The notes beneath the pieces were generated by a model, which was not told the DNA's origin, ran no database searches, and worked only from the letters and a program-made list of their open reading frames with translations. Source: Babesia bigemina (taxonomy: Eukaryota). Taken from it: 64,000 nucleotides of DNA. This document shows positions 58,620 through 64,000 of this stretch, one piece after another (position 1 is the stretch's first letter; every line of letters begins with the position of its first letter). Location: contig NC_027216.1 in the NCBI RefSeq assembly GCF_000981445.1, forward strand, positions 1,612,001 through 1,676,000. The letters are read 5' to 3'. A program made the position numbers and the translations under genes.

Positions 58620-59400
58620 CACTTCTTTTGTCACATCATAGGATTGACAATAACTATACTGAATAAATATTGATTTTAATCAACGTTCATTATATGAGTA
58701 TATGAAAACAGAAAATATTTTGACAATTTATTCTTTGTATTATGAAAGTTCATCGGTACCCCATCGCTGCAGCTAGCTGTCTAAAATACCAAGGAATTTT
58801 CCAACGTAGACACTATCGGAATGGCCAATAAATGAATCCAGCTGACGTCATGGAAGACAAGATGTAAATGTTGGCTCAAAAACTCACGATCATTATGCCG
58901 TTCAAATTGCACGTTGGCTCCTACTACTTTAAGCTGAATACGCATATAGCCTCGCTCATTGAGAGCAACATACCACGCATAATAGTTTCGAATCGGCGGA
59001 AGACAGGGGCAACATTGCAAAGATGGCGTTGACAAACCAATGTATCTCACATGTGAATAAGGTGGACGGGATTACGAATTTCATTGATGCAAACAAAACG
59101 AAGTCACCCATGCTACCATGTATGCGCCAGTATATATAGGCCGACGCTATTACTATAACAGAACCTGCACCATTACCTCTGATAATGAAGCTTGTAACTT
59201 GGAGAAATAACCGATGCACCAGCTACGTCATCTATGCAGAATCAGGAACATGATTGCATCGGTCAACAACACTTAGCTTTGTCAAAAGTTGACGCCAGCA
59301 GAGTGTTACATATATATAAATGCGTACCGAAGGGGTTTCCATATTACAGTCTGTGTGTTGTAAATATAGTTAGCGTACCTTTGTAACCTTATAAAAGGCA

Positions 59401-60095
59401 CTATCTTACGATGCGGCGAATGACGCCAGTACCTGGCGAAGCATGTCCCACTTCCAATGGGTCCGATTCCACCGGAGTTCTCATTTGGGCTCGCATTTCC
59501 GGGGGGTACAACGCCGAAACCACCGTTCGTGCAGGGCTTTCTTCCGGCTCTGGCGGTTCCGGACGTGACGCTTCATCTATAATGAAAGGGTCGTCAAGGT
59601 TAAGGAACGCTTTGACCTGTTCAGCGTGCATCTGAGCACGGCGTTCTACTATTTGCGATAACAAATGATAGTGACCTTTCGTTCGCAGGCCATACTTCGG
59701 TGGTGGAGGAGGAATCAAGTTAGCGTGAGCGAGTGCATTCTGCACTGGGATTCCCATCTCGCAGCCCACGCCCAGCCAAAACTTCACGCGACTGAAGCGT
59801 AGTCGGATTTCGCAAAGACTGTCATGCGTCTCGTCTATGGCTGATGGAATCGGGTTCAACGGGCGGCGCTGCAAACTGCCCAAAACTTCCATGTGTTTGC
59901 CATCTCGAGGGTCACGCTGATTCGCAACTACCAACTTCAGAAACCGTCGACCTGAGCAAATATTCACCGTATTGATTCGAAATGTGTGATGTGTGGGTAT
60001 AACTATAACGTACCTCGGATGCCCATAACCTGGAATCTCAACCGCGGAGGCCCGCGTGACCTTGAATAGTACGGCAAGAACAAGCGCCGAACCAT
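59401..60095 (-). CDS. bS16m: Mitochondrial-type ribosomal protein S16, 2 exons
   Basis: Exon 60095-60014 (MVRRLFLPYYSRSRGPPRLRFQVMGIR) splices in frame to 59951-59401 (RRFLKLVVANQRDPRDGKHMEVLGS...LRFSRVKFWLGVG). Confidence 0.88.
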
Positions 60096-60554
60096 GTCTA
60101 ATCAATTCATTATGGCTTAACGGAAGCAGCACACATTGTACATTGATGCCTCAAAATTGGACATCTGGCTGTGGATGGAACAAACGTGCAGACGGAAGGC
60201 TACACATCCGTCACCACAAAAATCATGTTTAAAGTATATAAATACCGAACTCTCCTCATTAATATACGCACCACGCCAATGTGTATTTCAATTGAGACAT
60301 ATGGTCATGCACTCACGTCGCTAAAGTATCGTCAGAGCGGTTTGATTGCGGTACGCCTCGCAAGAGCGGAACGATGCTGCACTCGATCCTTCTGCATATT
60401 TACAGACACTGTAACATTGCACACGTATTACTCGCTACATTAACAGCGTTTTGGAGTAAAAAGTGCAGAAACATCAGTGATAATCGTGAAATAATCGCAC
60501 AACTGTATGCGCGGCAACAACGCAAGGCATATTCATCTATATTTGATTTAACGA

Positions 60555-62825
60555 CTATATAAGTTTTTCAAGTTCGTACAATGATATGGGTCTTGCCTCA
60601 TTGCCGTTTATCACCATGACGCAGTCATCAAAAATAACGCTGGCAGATCCAAAAGCGTAGACTTGCTTCCCGTTGTGAGTTTTGCCGCGGCGCTTTATGA
60701 GTACCACACCTTTCATTGCGCCGATCTTCTGTACACTGTTCATTATGGACTTCGAATCACACTTTTCTGGAGAGCGTTCGCGGTTTTTCTGTGGTGTTGG
60801 GGCGTTTAGCACATTTCGCGACGCACGGTCCATTTCTCTTAGCGCATCTTTGAGAAAGGACTCCATCGCAGACGTTTTTATGACCTCTTCCGGGAAGAAT
60901 GATTTCCAACCCTGGTACCAAATGATCACTTCGTCGTAGTTAGCGGTTGGAAGCATGACCCAATCCTTCAAAACCTTCAACCACCTGCGCATGAAATCAC
61001 AGCACAGGGCCTCTGAAAGGTTACCCTTTCCTATATAGCCCATCCACAGAAATGCATTTTGTAACACGCTGGTGTCTTGGTTCTGGGGGTTTATGGCAAC
61101 GTTCTTTAGCTCATTTTGCAGGCACCTGACGACGTGTTGGATGATTTTCTCCGTATCATGCCTGCGCAACAAGCGATCCCATGATTTGATGGGTTTCAGA
61201 CACTTATCCACATCGCTGACGACGTATTTGGATATCATACGCATTATGGCAGATACAAAATGTTCAACAAACGTACGTTCGCTGAGCCCCATACCGATGG
61301 AACTCAAAAACGGATGCACGAGAATGTGGGAAAGGTGTATAGTTTTTTCCTCATGGATGACATTGACGAGTTTTACTTCCAGAGGTGACTCAAACGCAAT
61401 TCGTCGTTTGAAGCCTCCACCATCGAGCAGGCTTATAACTGACGACCAACCTTTGTAGCACCGCTTACCCACGTCAGTATCGGCGACATTCCATTCTTCG
61501 GAGAAAAACTTTCGCAGTTTAGGTTCTATTATCTGATCAAAATACGCCTGAGTTTTTGACGAGTATGCGTACGAGTCCACTTGTGCTAAACAACTTTGTA
61601 CTAACCTAGCTCCCAGGTCAGGTTTCTTTGCGATATCCCAGTCCGCGTATATTGCGTGTAATCCACGCATAAAGTAGTGATCACAAATTGATTGGACACC
61701 TAAATAGCAGTAGGGCGTTGAATCAGCGTCACATTCCAAGAATAATCTATCCACGAAGTTTTCGAACACGGGGATTATGACCTCTACGTTGGTCGTATCC
61801 TTTAGGTTGATGAAAGCGTTGTCAACATTTTGAAAGAATTCCATAAATCGAGGCAGCGCCTTTTCCGCAACCTCGATTATTTCTACCTGTTCGGTTAGTT
61901 CCGACTCTTTCTCTTGCAGTTCTCGTTCCGCCTCAGTCAAGGCTCCCTTTGCCTTTTCCACCGCATCGTAGGTTTGACGGCCTTTCTCGCTAAACCACTG
62001 CACTTTGTCGGCCAACGCTTTAATCAGCTGATCGACTTCGGGAATCTTCACGGTGCTGGCCGGTAATTGTTTCTCATGCTTGGATCTGAACACCTTTTTC
62101 TTCCGCCACGCATTGGAGTAATTCACGCTAATAGGCACCGCGCGTATAGTCGGCTGCTTAACTCTGCCCATGTAATCGATATCCAGAGTCGATGAATCAC
62201 GATCTTTGTGCATTCCACGCTTGTCGACAGGAGCTTTGAGGTCTATTGGAGCCACGACACCGGTGCCGTCACGACCCAAGCCACCGCCCGTGTAGCCCAT
62301 CTTCTTCAGCATCTTCACACCCTTGCCGTACATTTTGTCAATTTGCCGCGGCTGAAGGACGTCATCCGCGTCATAAGTGATCCCTTGATCCCGCTTTGAG
62401 TTCTCATACCGATGTCGCCGTCCTGTATCAACGCGTTTCATTTTCGAGGATGCTCGACGCACTCCATAGTCGTCATCGTCATCATCATCATCATCCGACG
62501 AGTCTTCATATGATTCGTGCCCTTCTTTCGCGTATCGTTCGCTGCCGTCCGCCAGTAAGCGATCAATGGTGTCGGCGGTATAGACCATCGAGGCATCCTC
62601 CGTGTCAGATACGCCCTCATCTGAATCCTCCTCGGGGGCACCTTTGGTGGACTGCCCTTTATGACCACTCTTAGTCATGTGGTCTTCATCCATATTCAAA
62701 GTGCCACCTTTGACGAAGAAAGCAGAACCGCCAGGGCGCCGTCCACCAGAGGCATAGCGGTTGCTGTAGGATCCTTCCCCGATGGCATCGTATAAGCTAC
62801 TATCGTACTCGGAATCCGAATACAT
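60555..62825 (-). CDS. TFIP11: Tuftelin-interacting protein 11 / Ntr1 (G-patch plus GCFC-like) spliceosome disassembly factor
   Basis: 756 aa; G-patch GKGVKMLKKMGYTGGGLGRDGTGVVAPI, INPQNQD and RWLKVLKDW...NYDEVIIWYQGWKSFFP. Confidence 0.88.
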   Translation of the reverse strand: MYSDSEYDSSLYDAIGEGSYSNRYASGGRRPGGSAFFVKGGTLNMDEDHMTKSGHKGQSTKGAPEEDSDEGVSDTEDASMVYTADTIDRLLADGSERYAKEGHESYEDSSDDDDDDDDDYGVRRASSKMKRVDTGRRHRYENSKRDQGITYDADDVLQPRQIDKMYGKGVKMLKKMGYTGGGLGRDGTGVVAPIDLKAPVDKRGMHKDRDSSTLDIDYMGRVKQPTIRAVPISVNYSNAWRKKKVFRSKHEKQLPASTVKIPEVDQLIKALADKVQWFSEKGRQTYDAVEKAKGALTEAERELQEKESELTEQVEIIEVAEKALPRFMEFFQNVDNAFINLKDTTNVEVIIPVFENFVDRLFLECDADSTPYCYLGVQSICDHYFMRGLHAIYADWDIAKKPDLGARLVQSCLAQVDSYAYSSKTQAYFDQIIEPKLRKFFSEEWNVADTDVGKRCYKGWSSVISLLDGGGFKRRIAFESPLEVKLVNVIHEEKTIHLSHILVHPFLSSIGMGLSERTFVEHFVSAIMRMISKYVVSDVDKCLKPIKSWDRLLRRHDTEKIIQHVVRCLQNELKNVAINPQNQDTSVLQNAFLWMGYIGKGNLSEALCCDFMRRWLKVLKDWVMLPTANYDEVIIWYQGWKSFFPEEVIKTSAMESFLKDALREMDRASRNVLNAPTPQKNRERSPEKCDSKSIMNSVQKIGAMKGVVLIKRRGKTHNGKQVYAFGSASVIFDDCVMVINGNEARPISLYELEKLI

Positions 62826-63107
62826 TGCGATGAGTCCTAAGCATAACGTGAGTTTGGTGTTTTAGTCCCTCGCTTCGGCAGTGAGAATCAAAAGAGGTAA
62901 CATTCGACCATGCGCAAAATCCAGACACACTCGGACAAATATATCACACCTGCGATGCAGTCTTTGACACTTTAGCAATTCAAAAAATGTTATAGGTTTT
63001 TGGTTCCCATACAGTGATGGTTTCGTGAAAGATCCCATGTAGCATCACCGCCGTTTACACACTCCTGATTCATCCACAACATAGCGACGGTGACAAATTT
63101 TAATAAA

Positions 63108-63960
63108 ATGGCAAGTATGTTGGCACACATTTTTACCTTAGCTGGTCTTCTATGGTTTACCGCCAATGCCCAGGTGTGTTTACGTGCAGTGCTTTGTCTA
63201 TGCCGGCGGCGGCCGCCTCTGTGTCCCGTCTCTTGACGTTCTCATTATCCTGTTCAGGCGCTGCAGCTGAACATTGTGCTGGATGGTCAAGTGTACCAGG
63301 AAAAGGCCTTCGATGACCTATGCAGCGTTGTGGACGCAGCGGACTCCGCCATCGTCAAAAGCAGCCTTCCCTTCAGCTCCATCTCGATGGTCCCAGACCA
63401 CTGGGCGATCTACATAGACGGCGTGTCGTTGCCTGTGGCGGACTGCGAGCAGAATGACGTGCTGTTCCAGCAACTGGGCGTGAATGACGGCGCATACGTA
63501 TACCTGTTCAGGAACGAGACCGCGTACAACGACCCGTTGTATGCCGCCGAGTACTTGAAGAGGTTCACCAAGCAGTTCGGCGACCGCATAAGACCCGTGG
63601 TCAAGCGGGAAACTTCGTCTAAGAAAAGCACCAAGCCTCAGAACAAGAACAAAAAGAAGAAATCCGGGAAGATGCCCATGGACAATCTGTCTGGGCTCAT
63701 CGGACTTCTGGCAAACGCGGTCATGACCGGCGACGTTATGAGAGCCCTGGGGCAATCCGTGGGCGCGCGTAATGTCGCCAACCGTGAGGAGGGTGACCAG
63801 GGTCATGAGAAGGGCGCCATAAACAACATGGACGTGATATCGGTACGTGTGTTAGCACTGTGTTGTTATGCCATTCCAGGGAATTCTCAGTGCTTTCAGC
63901 TCCTCGGCTAACAGCAACGGCCAGAAGCGGGCGCGTGACGAGTCGGCTGACGAGCTTTAA
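63108..63960 (+). CDS. 3-exon hypothetical protein: signal peptide, possible ubiquitin-like domain, C-terminal ADEL (243 aa)
   Basis: Exons 63108-63173, 63258-63842 and 63880-63960 join in phase 0: MASMLAHIFTLAGLLWFTANAQ/ALQLNIVLDG...NMDVIS/GILSAFSSSANSNGQKRARDESADEL*. Confidence 0.75.
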
Positions 63961-64000
63961 CATCACAAGTCGATATTGACGCTGAGGCCCAGGTTGCCAG

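Noticed and set aside
62468..62497. (CAT/CGT)n triplet run
   Set aside because: Encodes the poly-Asp tract of TFIP11; ordinary low complexity.

Overview
Eukaryotic, intron-containing DNA from a piroplasm (Babesia; the RAP-1c-type gene points to B. bigemina or a close relative such as B. ovata). Many introns are short (about 33-37 nt) and GT-AG, so the raw ORF track fragments or misses many genes; exon joins below were read by hand. Positions ~0.9-47.4 kb and ~59.4-64 kb are a dense core of housekeeping genes: NSUN-like, ESS2, actin-like, uL11m, TRM6, Yip1, FAM98-like, PMM, DOHH, DnaJ, eIF2A, FHA, RPN1, COG7-like, RPT1, AP-1 mu, HPR, apicoplast phosphate translocator, bS16m, TFIP11. This core includes the rap-1 locus, which here holds only rap-1c preceded by a 533-bp direct repeat where rap-1a/b genes would be expected. 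Positions ~47.4-59.4 kb are a more AT-rich accessory island with a GPI-type surface protein, a ves2-like gene, a multi-domain 6-Cys-like protein and small Cys-rich single-TM genes. The most striking observations, largely hidden from the ORF track, are: (1) a family of small Cys/Lys-rich single-TM genes and relics (1-695, 47549-47851, 50117-50537), one of which is now a 53-aa, 14-Cys metallothionein-like ORF; (2) an NSUN3/4-like methyltransferase lacking both catalytic cysteines; (3) a FAM98-like gene; (4) a signal-peptide/ubiquitin-like protein ending in ADEL. No tRNA, rRNA, CRISPR or transposon was recognised. All family calls are motif recognition from memory, not database searches.
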